This document shows positions 8,886 through 19,308 of a stretch of 64,000 nt of DNA, one piece after another. The DNA is taken from the NCBI RefSeq assembly GCF_004324835.1, contig NW_021163190.1, positions 191,242 to 255,241 of the forward strand, written 5' to 3'. The DNA is from Dendronephthya gigantea. Its lineage: Eukaryota. The notes under the pieces are model-generated. The model was not told where the DNA came from. It did not search any database and saw only the letters and a program-made list of their open reading frames with translations. A program made the position numbers and the translations under genes. The stretch's first letter is position 1; every line of letters starts with the position of its first letter.

Positions 8886-11627
8886 TTCTGCTCCTCCCAC
8901 CAACTTAGGTTTTTCAACCCCCCCCCCCACCTGTTTTTTACCCCCCCCTACCTAGGTTTTTCACCCCCCTTTCCATCTAGGCTTTTCACACTCACACACA
9001 CCCTCGCACCTACTTTTTTTAGCCATAACCCCAACCCTCCCCACCTAGGTTCTTCTGCCCTGGTCCCCTAGACCAAGAATCCTAACTGAGCCTCTGCCTG
9101 AAGAAATAGCTCAGTTACCTATTTTAAATATCAGCCTGTCTGTAAATGATGTCTGTGTCTGTCAGACTGCCACAGACAGTCATATTTTAAAATTTAACAA
9201 TTAACAAGATTTGGAGAGACAGTTTTACTCTTTACTAAAACAGAACCCAGAAAATTCTTGTTTCAAGTTTGCTCACAGATTGTTTTGTAATTTGACGTTT
9301 TCCATCGCGTCCTTGAAGGCTTTTAGTACAAGATTTACATTATCTTTTGTACTGTTCAACCCCATCAGAGACCAACACGCCATGTCTGAAAAATTTCATG
9401 ACAAAAAGTAAGGTTTTTCAAAGGGGAAAAAATTTACGATCATGAAGCGAATATCTGCGAATATGGAGAAGAAAATTGTGAATATGGGTACCTTTCCAGC
9501 AGATCTTCCAAGACCGCCTAAAATATCCATTTTAGATCTGAAAAAGAAATTGATTATTCAATTTTAACACTCTCTCTCTTTACTGGACCTCCATGAATCA
9601 CCCCCCTGCAATGCTAAAAAATGCAACTGTTACCAGGGGGGGATTTTCCCAAGATTCATCACTCAGTACGTAAGTCGGTAAGTACGTAAGTAGTATTACT
9701 GAGCAGGTACAGTAAATGGAAAATACAATGCTTTTGCAATATACAATGATATTTTTGTTGAAATAAAACCATATACGGTAGAAATAACTACAAAACCCTG
9801 CTCCAATTTACCAATGCAACAACTATTATTACAAATAGTGTTTTGGGTTTACGATTAAACCATTCTTATAAAGTTGTAAATGAAAATGTTGTGTTATTCC
9901 TGAGTAAGGAATTTCCTGCGATTTTCTCAACACTGAACCTTCATCAGCGAACCCTGAAGACTTCAAAAGGGTGAAATAAAATATTTGCACTAAAACCTAT
10001 CAAAAATGAATGAAGTGAATTACTCTAGTGCAATACACGGGTCTACGCGGTTGTTCTCAAGTCATGCAACGATGAACCTTCCATATTTCATTTTAAAATT
10101 TATGGCTTTATTGTTGAAGAAAATGAAAGCGAAAAAGAGAAATTGTTTACAAGTAAAATAGTCAGATTGTCTTTTAAATTGTTGTGGAAAACTCATTTTG
10201 TTTCGAGAAATGCATTATAGTTTCAAATTTAGTTTAGCCGAATTCATATTAGAGGCGGGAAACTCGTCTTACAAGGTCAAGGAAAACAGAAAACTTGTCT
10301 TACAGGGGAAACTCCTCTTGGAAACTCATCTTAGACGGGAAACTCGTGTGATGTGAATCAGGCCACAGACGGGTTTCTCGTCAGAATTTTCCCGCCTAAC
10401 TTTCCTGTCTAAAGAAACGGTTAATTTGAACGGGAATCCCTTCTGGACGAGAAACTCGTCTTAAATTCGCATTTAGACGGATAAATCAGACGAGTTTCTG
10501 AAATATCAACACGGTCAAGGACGGAACAAGGGTAAAGCCCGCCGCACAAGAGAGCTATCAGCTGAACTAACGACCTCGCGAGGCAGTTAACTCAGCCTGA
10601 AAACTATCCGCACACGATAGAAACTTGCCTCTCGAGGCGAATTCCTCACGAAAAACTATCCGCACACGAGAGTAACTTGCTGAGCTAACAGCCTCGCGAG
10701 GTCTTTACCTCAGCTACCAGCTCTCGTGTGAGGCGCACTTAACTGAGAAAATTAAACAAAATTATTATCGTAATAATCACGATACCCTTTTTAGCATTAC
10801 CCGACCCATCACACGTGTAAATTTTATATCCACTCCAAGTCATATTAAGACGGGTTTTTACAATCAACTTTCCTGTCTAAGATGAATTTCCCGTGCCTAA
10901 TATGAATTTGGTTATTAATGTGACAGAGATGATACCTTCGGCTTCTCCGCTTCCTTGAATATACAATCCATTGTTATATGGTTTGTTGTTGTTTGAATAA
11001 GAACGTAATTTTCGTCAGATCTTCGCAGCAAATGGTGTCATGACAGAACTCGCTGGTTTGCAAATTATGTCGACATCATTGTGTGTACGAGAGCCTCTGT
11101 ATAATGATAAATTCACGTTAATTTAATTGTTTTGTAAGATTATAAGAATATTATCGATTCGCTGTGTTGTTACAAGGTTACATCTGGTCTTACCTTGGTG
11201 TTGCGAAATCACCACAACCCTGACTGTCACATTCACGGAATAAATTTCTACCATTTGAGCTGCAAAGCTGACCAAGTTTAAAACATTCAACCGCATTATC
11301 TAGAAAAATAAATACAGAAAAATGAGAATAACGAAGTGATACTTGAGAACTCTATGAACAAAGATATATATCACAATATGTATTCCAGTACCTGCAAAGA
11401 CTAGAATTTTTATTATTTCTGGTTTCGAGCATTTGAATCGGTGTTAAAGCATTTAGCTAACACGTGTTTTTTTCCTAAGCCATTGTTTGGATCACTGACA
11501 TGCTTGTACAGGAACATCATGATCTGAGTCAATAATAATGTGGTCACACTCATCGGTCACATGCAGAATGTCTTCATTCACGTGATCAGTTATATTAGTA
11601 ATTTCGTGTGGTATATCGTAAGGAAAG

Positions 11628-11731
11628 CTGAAGTCAGTTGAAGGTTTCAACTTTGAAAGGTATTCTTGGGAAGAACTTCCGGAAATGTCTGAAGCAAGAT
11701 GGTGGCACACTGCTGTTGTTGTGTGAACAAT
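11628..11731 (+). pseudogene. Orphan 3' fragment of a Kelch gene copy (KSVEGFNFERYSWEELPEMSEARWWHTAVVV*) with its 3'UTR, interrupted by a GC-rich insertion
   Basis: Matches the last ~100 nt of the family CDS. The 3'UTR acaatatg is split by a ~137-bp GC-rich insert (11741-11877) flanked by ATATG on both sides. Confidence 0.6.
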
Positions 11732-13210
11732 ATGCAAGGACCGCGGAGACGGGGGGCTGGGGGGGGGCTTTAGCCCCCGCACATCTTGTTAAGTTTCTCT
11801 TAAAGTGCAGGAACACAGTTTTCTGAGCTGTTTTTTTTATGATTTAGCCCCCCACCTTCTAATGCGCTCCGCAGGCCCTGATATGTAAGGTAAAACTCCT
11901 AACATATTATGAACAATTGAAATGAACTATAAGATTTTCACAAAGTTATGGAAATAGATTGTAGCATGCTAAATTGATTGTCAAACATATACTGATTTAT
12001 ATTTTTGTGATTGAATTTAAATTGAGTCAGTTCTTAGAACAATAATAAGTCTTTGAAATAGATATTTTCATTGAGGAAGGTTTAAAATGAAACACGAAAT
12101 AAAACATTTGAAATAAGCTTTCTGTACCCCCTGCACCTAGGGTTTTTCACCCCCCCTCCCACATAGGTTTTTCAGCCACAACCCCACCCCTCCCCAGTTG
12201 GGTTCTTCTGCCCCAGACCAAGAATCCTAACTGAGCTTCTCCCTGAAGAAATAGCTCAGTTACCTATTTTAAATATCAGACTGTCTGTAAATATTTTGTA
12301 AATAGATTTTATTTGTAAATAGATGGTGTGTGCCTAAATCCATCATCATCTATACGCGTTTAGAAAAAGTTAGTTAAGACTACCTCGTTTTCAATATTGT
12401 ACAAGTGTTTTATCATTTTTCGATGGTGAGTACTGAGTAGGAGCGAAAAGTGTTATAAGCAGTAGAAATCCCTGTTCGACGCTATATTTTCAAACATATT
12501 TCATTTAAAAAGTATTAGTGTGTGAATATCTTTACATTGAATGGCATTTCCTGTACAAATCAATAAATGTACATATATTCCACTTCATTTGAACACATCG
12601 TGCAGTTTTTCACTTCCAATTCAGTTTGGCTCCATTTTGAAATAAGCATTTCGGGGGGGGGGGGGGGGTGTGAATGCCTCTAGTCACTTGTTAAGCATGC
12701 GCAGCAAACGATGCGCAGTGACGAATCGCTTACGCTTTTTAGTCAGAAGAGAAACATCAGGGTATTAATCTGTGGCCATATGATCTATCTATAAACTATT
12801 TATTACGACTGATTTTTCTTAGTATAAAGTATCATTTTCTTCGAACTCATTTCCATATAATGAAATAAGAAATTCCTAGCAACATAAACACAAGCAATTG
12901 CAAGTCAACATTGAATAAACAACAGGTACTCAGCTTTTGTCACAAGACAATAATAATAACATAGTTAATTTATACCACAAATTCCTGTCCACAAAAAACT
13001 CTTTAAAAACTTTAAAAGGAAGAGAAGAGATATTTCTCTGCTGTTCTAAACAGATAATTTTGCAGGAAATACATTGAGAAAATACAAACACAGACTTCTT
13101 CAAGAACGAACACTGTATCTATATTCAGTCTATACAGCGAGGTTTATACTACAGAGCGACAAACAACACAAAACTTGCTTTATTATTACGACACAAGAAC
13201 GACGTGAAAT

Positions 13211-14815
13211 ATGGCTTCATATATACAAGGCTACGATGAAGAAAGGTTTGTGGACAAAATCAATCAAAATTTTCATTGCCAGATTTGCTTCAACGTCTTG
13301 AAAGAGCCGGTTATGTGTTCGAGAAACCAGCATTCTTTTTGCCGTTGTTGTATTACGACACATCTGGAAAATTCTCAAACATGTCCAACGTGTGCTGATG
13401 AACTGACCGTAGAGACTTTGATTGAACCACCGCGAATGGTTAAAGATTTTTTGAATGAATCAAAAATTCGTTGCATTTACATCGACAGAGGTTGTCAAGA
13501 AGTTGTAGAATTACAGCATCTTGACCGCCATGAAGATACATGTGGATATACACCAGCCGTTTGTACAAACCAAGGCTGTGGTTTAATTGTCAACAAGCGT
13601 GATCTTATTCACCATGAAAGTGAAGTCTGTGAATTCCGAAAGTTGAAGTGTCACTCGTGCAGAGAAATGACGAAAACTTTGCCAGATATAGAGGAAAGAA
13701 TGGCGAAGAATAATGTGACAATTGAAACAAAAATAACAAATTTAGAGAGGAATATGGCAAAAAATACCGCAGATATAAAAGCAGATATGGAAGGAAAACT
13801 CGAAGCGGTTAACAACAAAGTCGATGGATTGAAAACAGCTTTGGTCAGAGCTTTTGATGAAATGAAGGACGTTCTTATCACGATGGAGGGCAAGATAGAA
13901 GAAAACACAAGAAAAGTAAGAAATAGACCAAGTGGTGATAAGGAAAATATAATCGTTGCTGGAGGTTTAGGAATTAACTCTGTAGAGATGTTTAACTGGC
14001 GTCAAAGAACATGGTCGCCATTACAATCAATGCCAGAGGATCGTTATGGAGCGACTTCATTTATTTATAACAATCATATGACTATAGCTGGGGGTTGCTG
14101 TGGTGTTTGGTTTGTCATTGTTGATGATATGATTAGAATGAATATTGACCCAAACCCTGATCTCTCAACACACTGGAGTAACTGTCCTGTTAAACTACCT
14201 GATAAGTTGAAAAACCACAGCAGTGTGCTGTATAATGATCAGTTGATAGTCTCTGGAGGTGATAATGGAAATGTTTCATCAGACTTGATCAAATCAGTCC
14301 AGCTTGTTCCTCCCTATACTGTGAAGACCTTATCAAGAATGCCAGAACCAAGACAATGTCACAGCATGGAAATATTTGATGATAATTTGTTGATAGTTGG
14401 TGGAAGTACAACTGGCCATCACAAAGACAATCTCAGCAGTGTCGTACTGTACAATATAAAGAAGAATGAGCTGAAACAGTTGTCACCACTGCCGTATGAA
14501 GTGAATGATATGGCGACTGTGAGATGGGGAGACAACATTGTTGTTATTGGTGGCGAAGACAAACAAAGTTATAAATTAGATACAGTTATCATTTACAATG
14601 TCAAGACAGAACAAAGTCACATGTTGCCATCAATGAGATGTAAGAGGTGGGGAAGTACTGGAGTTATTATTGAAAACAACATTGTAGTCCTGGGAGGGAG
14701 GGGTGAGGACGAATACCTGAAGTCAGTTGAAGGTTTCAACTTTGAAAGGTATTCTTGGGAAGAACTTCCAGAAATGTCTGAAGCAAGATACTTGCACACT
14801 GCTGTTGTTGTGTGA
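13211..14815 (+). CDS. RING-zfTRAF-CC-Kelch paralog, 534 aa
   Basis: ORF track; same architecture. Shorter coiled-coil module and variant GG-loops (IAGGCCGVWFVIVDD). Confidence 0.85.
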   Translation: MASYIQGYDEERFVDKINQNFHCQICFNVLKEPVMCSRNQHSFCRCCITTHLENSQTCPTCADELTVETLIEPPRMVKDFLNESKIRCIYIDRGCQEVVELQHLDRHEDTCGYTPAVCTNQGCGLIVNKRDLIHHESEVCEFRKLKCHSCREMTKTLPDIEERMAKNNVTIETKITNLERNMAKNTADIKADMEGKLEAVNNKVDGLKTALVRAFDEMKDVLITMEGKIEENTRKVRNRPSGDKENIIVAGGLGINSVEMFNWRQRTWSPLQSMPEDRYGATSFIYNNHMTIAGGCCGVWFVIVDDMIRMNIDPNPDLSTHWSNCPVKLPDKLKNHSSVLYNDQLIVSGGDNGNVSSDLIKSVQLVPPYTVKTLSRMPEPRQCHSMEIFDDNLLIVGGSTTGHHKDNLSSVVLYNIKKNELKQLSPLPYEVNDMATVRWGDNIVVIGGEDKQSYKLDTVIIYNVKTEQSHMLPSMRCKRWGSTGVIIENNIVVLGGRGEDEYLKSVEGFNFERYSWEELPEMSEARYLHTAVVV

Positions 14816-15074
14816 ACAATATGTAAGGTATTAAGTGAAAACTCCTAACATATTATGAACAATTGAAATGAACAATAAGATTTTCATAAAGTTATAGAAA
14901 TAGATTGTAGCATTCTAAGTTGATTGTCAGACATATACTGATTTGTATTTTTGTGATTGAATTTAAATTGAGTCAGTTCTTAGGATTATTAATTAAAGAA
15001 CAATAACAAATCTGTGAAATAGATATTTTAATGGAGGAAGGTTTAAAATGAAACACCAAATAAAACATTTGAAT

Positions 15075-15200
15075 TAATATTTTCTGCACCCCCTCCACCT
15101 AGGTTTTTCACCCCTCCTACCACCTAGGTTTCACTCCCCCCCTCCCACCTAGGTTTTTCAGCCACAACCCCACCCATCCCCACCTGGGTTCTTATGCCCT
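15075..15200. repeat. C-rich VNTR (unit ~CCCCTCCCACCTAGGTTTTTCA, 4-7 units) immediately 3' of the gene's poly(A) signals; the same element follows every gene copy
   Basis: Read directly. Other copies at 1290-1460, 8885-9060, 12120-12215, 19565-19665, 30425-30515, 45690-45860 and 52475-52550; unit number and exact sequence vary between copies. Confidence 0.85.
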
Positions 15201-15745
15201 GGTCCCCCAGACCAAGAATCCTAACTGAGCCTCTGCCTCAAGAAATAGCTCAGTTACCTATTTTAAATATCAGCCTGTCTGTAAATGATGTCTGTGTCTG
15301 TCAGACTGCCACAGACCAAGTCATATTTTAAAATTTAACAATTAACAAGATTTGGAGAGATAGTTTTACTCTTTATTAAAACAAAACCCTGATTAACTAA
15401 TATAAATTGGTTTGTCAACTAAAATAAAATTCTTGTTTCAAGTTTGCTCACAGATTGTTTTGTAATTTCACGTTTTCCATCGCGTCCTTGAAGGCTTTTA
15501 GTACAAGATTTACATTATCTTTTGTACTTTTCAACCCCATCAGACCAACACGCCATATCTGAAAAATTTCATGACAAAAAGTAAGGTTTTTCACAGGGAA
15601 AAAAATTACGATTATGGAGCGAATATCTGCGAATATGGAGAAGAAAATTGTGAATATGCATACCTTTCCAGCAGATCTTCCAAGACCACCTGAAATATCC
15701 ATTTTATATCTGAAAAATAAATTGATTATTCAATTTGAACACTCC
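15200..15745. repeat. Conserved ~560-bp spacer module ('module C') found after every gene copy; contains the inverted repeat GTCTGTG..CACAGAC
   Basis: >95% identical copies at 3236-3735, 9062-9590, 19665-20215, 30515-31070, 38370-38930, 45875-46410 and 52545-53100. A partial inverted copy lies at 31737-31880. Confidence 0.8.
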
Positions 15746-15749
15746 CCGT

Positions 15750-15950
15750 TTTTATTCGACCTCTATGAATCCCCCCTGCAATTATAAAAATGGCGCTGTT
15801 GGCAGGGGGTACTCTTCCCAAGATTAATCCCTCAGCAAGTACCGTAAATGGAAGGAATCACCCCCCCTGTCCATATTGAAAATGGGCCTGTCGGCAGGGG
15901 GGTGATATCCTCCATTTACAGTACTTGCTGAGTGGATGAACCACTTATGG
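15750..15950. repeat. Two adjacent near-perfect palindromes (~60 and ~100 bp); the second has a ~36-bp stem (CTCAGCAAGTACCGTAAATGGAAGGAATCACCCCCC / reverse complement)
   Basis: cagcaagtaccgtaaatggaagg...cctccatttacagtacttgctg and ccccctgc...gcaggggg pairs. Copies at 3770-3935, 20225-20340, 31065-31250, 39365-39490 and 46425-46600. Confidence 0.8.
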
Positions 15951-16931
15951 AAAAAACAATGGAGTTGTTCTTCTGATAGGTATTCTGTGCCTACACTTTC
16001 TTTTTTTTTTATTTTTATTGTATTTTTATCTTTACTTGAAAGCACGACATGAAATTACCATTTAGACCTAACCCGGGGGGGTGACGGGAGTCAATGGCTA
16101 ATTTCATTACTCATTCTGCTTGGAGAAATGCATTATAGTTTAAAATTTAGTTTAGCGGAATTCATATTAGAGGCGGGAAACTCGTCTTACAAGGTCAAGG
16201 AAAACAGGAAACTCGTCTTACAGGGGAAACTCCTCTTGGAAACTCATCTTAGACGGGAAACTCGTCTGATGTGAATCAGGCCACAGACGGGTTTCTCGTC
16301 AGAAGTTTCCCGCCTAACTTTCCCGTCTAAACAAACGGTTAAATTGAACGGCAATCCCTTCTGGACGAGAAACTCGTCTTAAATTCGCATTTAGACGGAT
16401 AAATCAGACGAGTTTCTGAAATATCAACACGGTCAAGGACGGAACAAGGGTAAAGCCCGCCGCACAAGAGAGCTATCAGCTGAGCTAACAACCTCGCGAG
16501 GCAGTTAACTCAGCCTGAAAACTATCCGCACACGATAGAAACCTGCCTCTCGAGGCGAATTCTTCACGAAAAACTATCAGCACACGAGAGTAACTTGCTG
16601 AGCTAACAGCCTCGCGAGGTCTTTACCTCAGCTACCAGCTCTCGTGTGAGGCGCGCTTAACTGAGAAAATAAACAAAATTATTATCGTAATAATCACGAT
16701 ACCCTTTTTAGCATTACCCGACCCATTACACGTGTAAATTTTATATCCATTCCAAGTCATATTAAGACGGGTTTTTACAATCAACTTTCCTGTCTAAGAT
16801 GAATTTCCCGTGCCTAATATGAATTTGGTTCTTCATGTGAGAGAGATGATACCTTCGGCTTCTCCGCTTCCTTGAATATACAATCCATTGTTATATGGTT
16901 TGTTGTTGTTTGAATAAGAACGTGATTTTCG

Positions 16932-17360
16932 TCAGATCTTCGCAGCAAATGGTGTCATGACAGATCTCCCTGGTTAGCAAATTATGTCGACACCATTGTG
17001 TGTACGAGAGCCTCTGTATAATGATAAATTCACGTTAATTTAATTGTTTTGTAAGATTATAAGAATATTGTCGATTCGCTGTGTTGTTACAAGGTTACAT
17101 CTGGTCTTACCTTGGTGTTCCGAAATCACCACAACCCTGACTGTCACATTCGCGGATTGAATTTCTACCATTTGAGCTGCAAAGCTGACCAAGTTTAAAA
17201 CATTCAACCGCATTATCTAGAAAAATAAATGCAGAAAAATGCGATGAAGAATAACGAAGTGATACTTGAGAATTCTATGAACAAAGATATATATCACAAT
17301 ATGTATTCCAGTACCTGCAAAGACTAGGAATATAACAACGATCTTAACAACTCCAAACAT
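16932..17360 (-). CDS. Second copy of the candidate small secreted Cys-peptide gene (premature stop after ..VDIIC)
   Basis: Same exon/intron layout as 4917-5346; the C-terminal exon carries TAA where copy 1 has AAA. Confidence 0.35.
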
Positions 17361-17664
17361 CTTTGATCTGCTAAAATTTAATCTTCTAGCTTGAAATGGC
17401 TTTTCATCGATATAATGACCGCACTTATACAGGATGTTTAAAAAACGCAACACTTAATATTCATGAATATTTTGATACGCTATACGATCTTTTGTGATCA
17501 AAACGAAAGTGAATTTTCGAGAGGGTTTCGAGAAAATAAAAACACAGACATCTTCAAGAACGAACACTGTATCTATATTCAGTCTATACAGCGAGGTTTA
17601 TACTACAGAGCGACAAACAACACAGAACTTGCTTTATTATTACGACACAAGAACGACGTGAAAT

Positions 17665-19308
17665 ATGGCTTCATATATACAAGGCTACGATGAAGAAAGG
17701 TTTGTGAACCAAATCGATCGAAATTTTCATTGTCAGATTTGCTTCAACGTCTTGAAAGAGCCGGTTATGTGTTCGAGAAACCAGCATTCTTTTTGCCTTT
17801 GCTGTATTACGAAACATCTGGAAAAATCTCAAACTTGTCCAACGTGTGCCGATGAACTGACCGTAGAGACTTTGGCCGAACCAAATAGAATGGTAAAAGA
17901 TTTTTTGAATGAATCAAAAATTCGTTGCGTTTACATGGACAGAGGTTGTCAAGAAGTTGTAGAATTACAGCATCTTGACCGCCATGAAGATACATGTGGA
18001 TATACACCAGCCGTTTGTACAAACCAAGGCTGTGGTTTAATTGTCAACAAGCGTGATCTTATTCACCATGAAAGTGAAGTCTGTGAATTCCGAAAGTTGA
18101 AGTGTCACTCGTGCGGAGAAATGACGAAAACTTTGGCAGATATGGAGGAAAGAATGGCGAATATCGAGAAGAATATGGTAACAAATAACATTGAAACTAA
18201 AATAACAAATTTAGAGAAAAATGTTGCCACTGTTGCGAATAATATGGAGAAAAACACGGCAGATTTAAAAGCAAATATAAAAGCAGATATGGAAGGAAAA
18301 CTCGAAGCGGTTAACAACAAAGTCGATGGATTGAAAACAGCTTTGGTCAGAGCTTTTGATGAAATAAAGGACGTTCTTATCACGATGGAGGGCAAGAAAG
18401 AAGAAAACACAAGAAAAGTAAGAAATAGACCAAGTGGTGATAAGGAAAATATAATTGTTGCTGGAGATGTAGTAACTAACTCTGTAGAGATGTTTAACTG
18501 GCGTCAAAGAACATGGTCGCCATTACAATCAATGCCAAAGGATCGTTTTGGAGCGACTTCATTTATTTATAACAATCATATGACTATAGCTGGGGGTTAC
18601 TGTGATGTCATTGTTGATGATATGATTAGAATGAATATTGACCCAAACCCTGATCTCTCAACACACTGGAGTGACTGTCCTGTTAAACTACCTGATAAGT
18701 TGAGATTCCACAGCAGTGTGCTGTATAATGATCAGTTGATGGTCTCTGGAGGTGATATTGAAAATGGTTCATCTGACTTGATCAGATCAGTCCAGCTTGT
18801 TCCTCCCTATACTGTGAAGACCTTATCAAGAATGCCAGAACCAAGACAAGGTCACAGCATGGAAATATTTGATGATAATTTAGTGATAGTTGGTGGAAGT
18901 ACAATTAGCAGTTACAAAGGCAACCTTAGCAGTGTCGTACTGTACGATATAAAGAAGAATGAGCTGAAACAGTTGTCACCACTGCAGTATGAAGTGAGTC
19001 ACATGGCAACTGTGAGATGGGGAGACAACATTGTTGTTATTGGTGGCGATGACAAACATGGCAAGACATTAGATACAGTTATCATTTACAATGTCAAGAC
19101 AGAACAAAGTCACATGTTGCCATCAATGAGATGTAAGAGGTGGGGATGTGCTGCAGTTGTTATTGAAAACAACATTGTAGTCCTGGGAGAGGATGGTGAG
19201 GAAGGAAACCTGAAGTCAGTTGAAGGTTTCAACTTTGAAAAGTATTTTTGGGAAGAACTTCCAGAAATGTCTGAAGCAAGATTGTGGCCCACTGCTGTTG
19301 TTGTGTGA
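17665..19308 (+). CDS. RING-zfTRAF-CC-Kelch paralog, 547 aa
   Basis: ORF track. Longest coiled-coil (extra IEKN/VATVANNMEKN modules). Last blade reads LGEDGEEG, not LGG. Confidence 0.8.
   Translation: MASYIQGYDEERFVNQIDRNFHCQICFNVLKEPVMCSRNQHSFCLCCITKHLEKSQTCPTCADELTVETLAEPNRMVKDFLNESKIRCVYMDRGCQEVVELQHLDRHEDTCGYTPAVCTNQGCGLIVNKRDLIHHESEVCEFRKLKCHSCGEMTKTLADMEERMANIEKNMVTNNIETKITNLEKNVATVANNMEKNTADLKANIKADMEGKLEAVNNKVDGLKTALVRAFDEIKDVLITMEGKKEENTRKVRNRPSGDKENIIVAGDVVTNSVEMFNWRQRTWSPLQSMPKDRFGATSFIYNNHMTIAGGYCDVIVDDMIRMNIDPNPDLSTHWSDCPVKLPDKLRFHSSVLYNDQLMVSGGDIENGSSDLIRSVQLVPPYTVKTLSRMPEPRQGHSMEIFDDNLVIVGGSTISSYKGNLSSVVLYDIKKNELKQLSPLQYEVSHMATVRWGDNIVVIGGDDKHGKTLDTVIIYNVKTEQSHMLPSMRCKRWGCAAVVIENNIVVLGEDGEEGNLKSVEGFNFEKYFWEELPEMSEARLWPTAVVV

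Noticed and set aside
12655-12672. G16-18 homopolymer (and C10 run at 8920-8935)
   Set aside because: Isolated homopolymer runs inside repeats; likely slippage-prone or sequencing-prone sites with no further structure.
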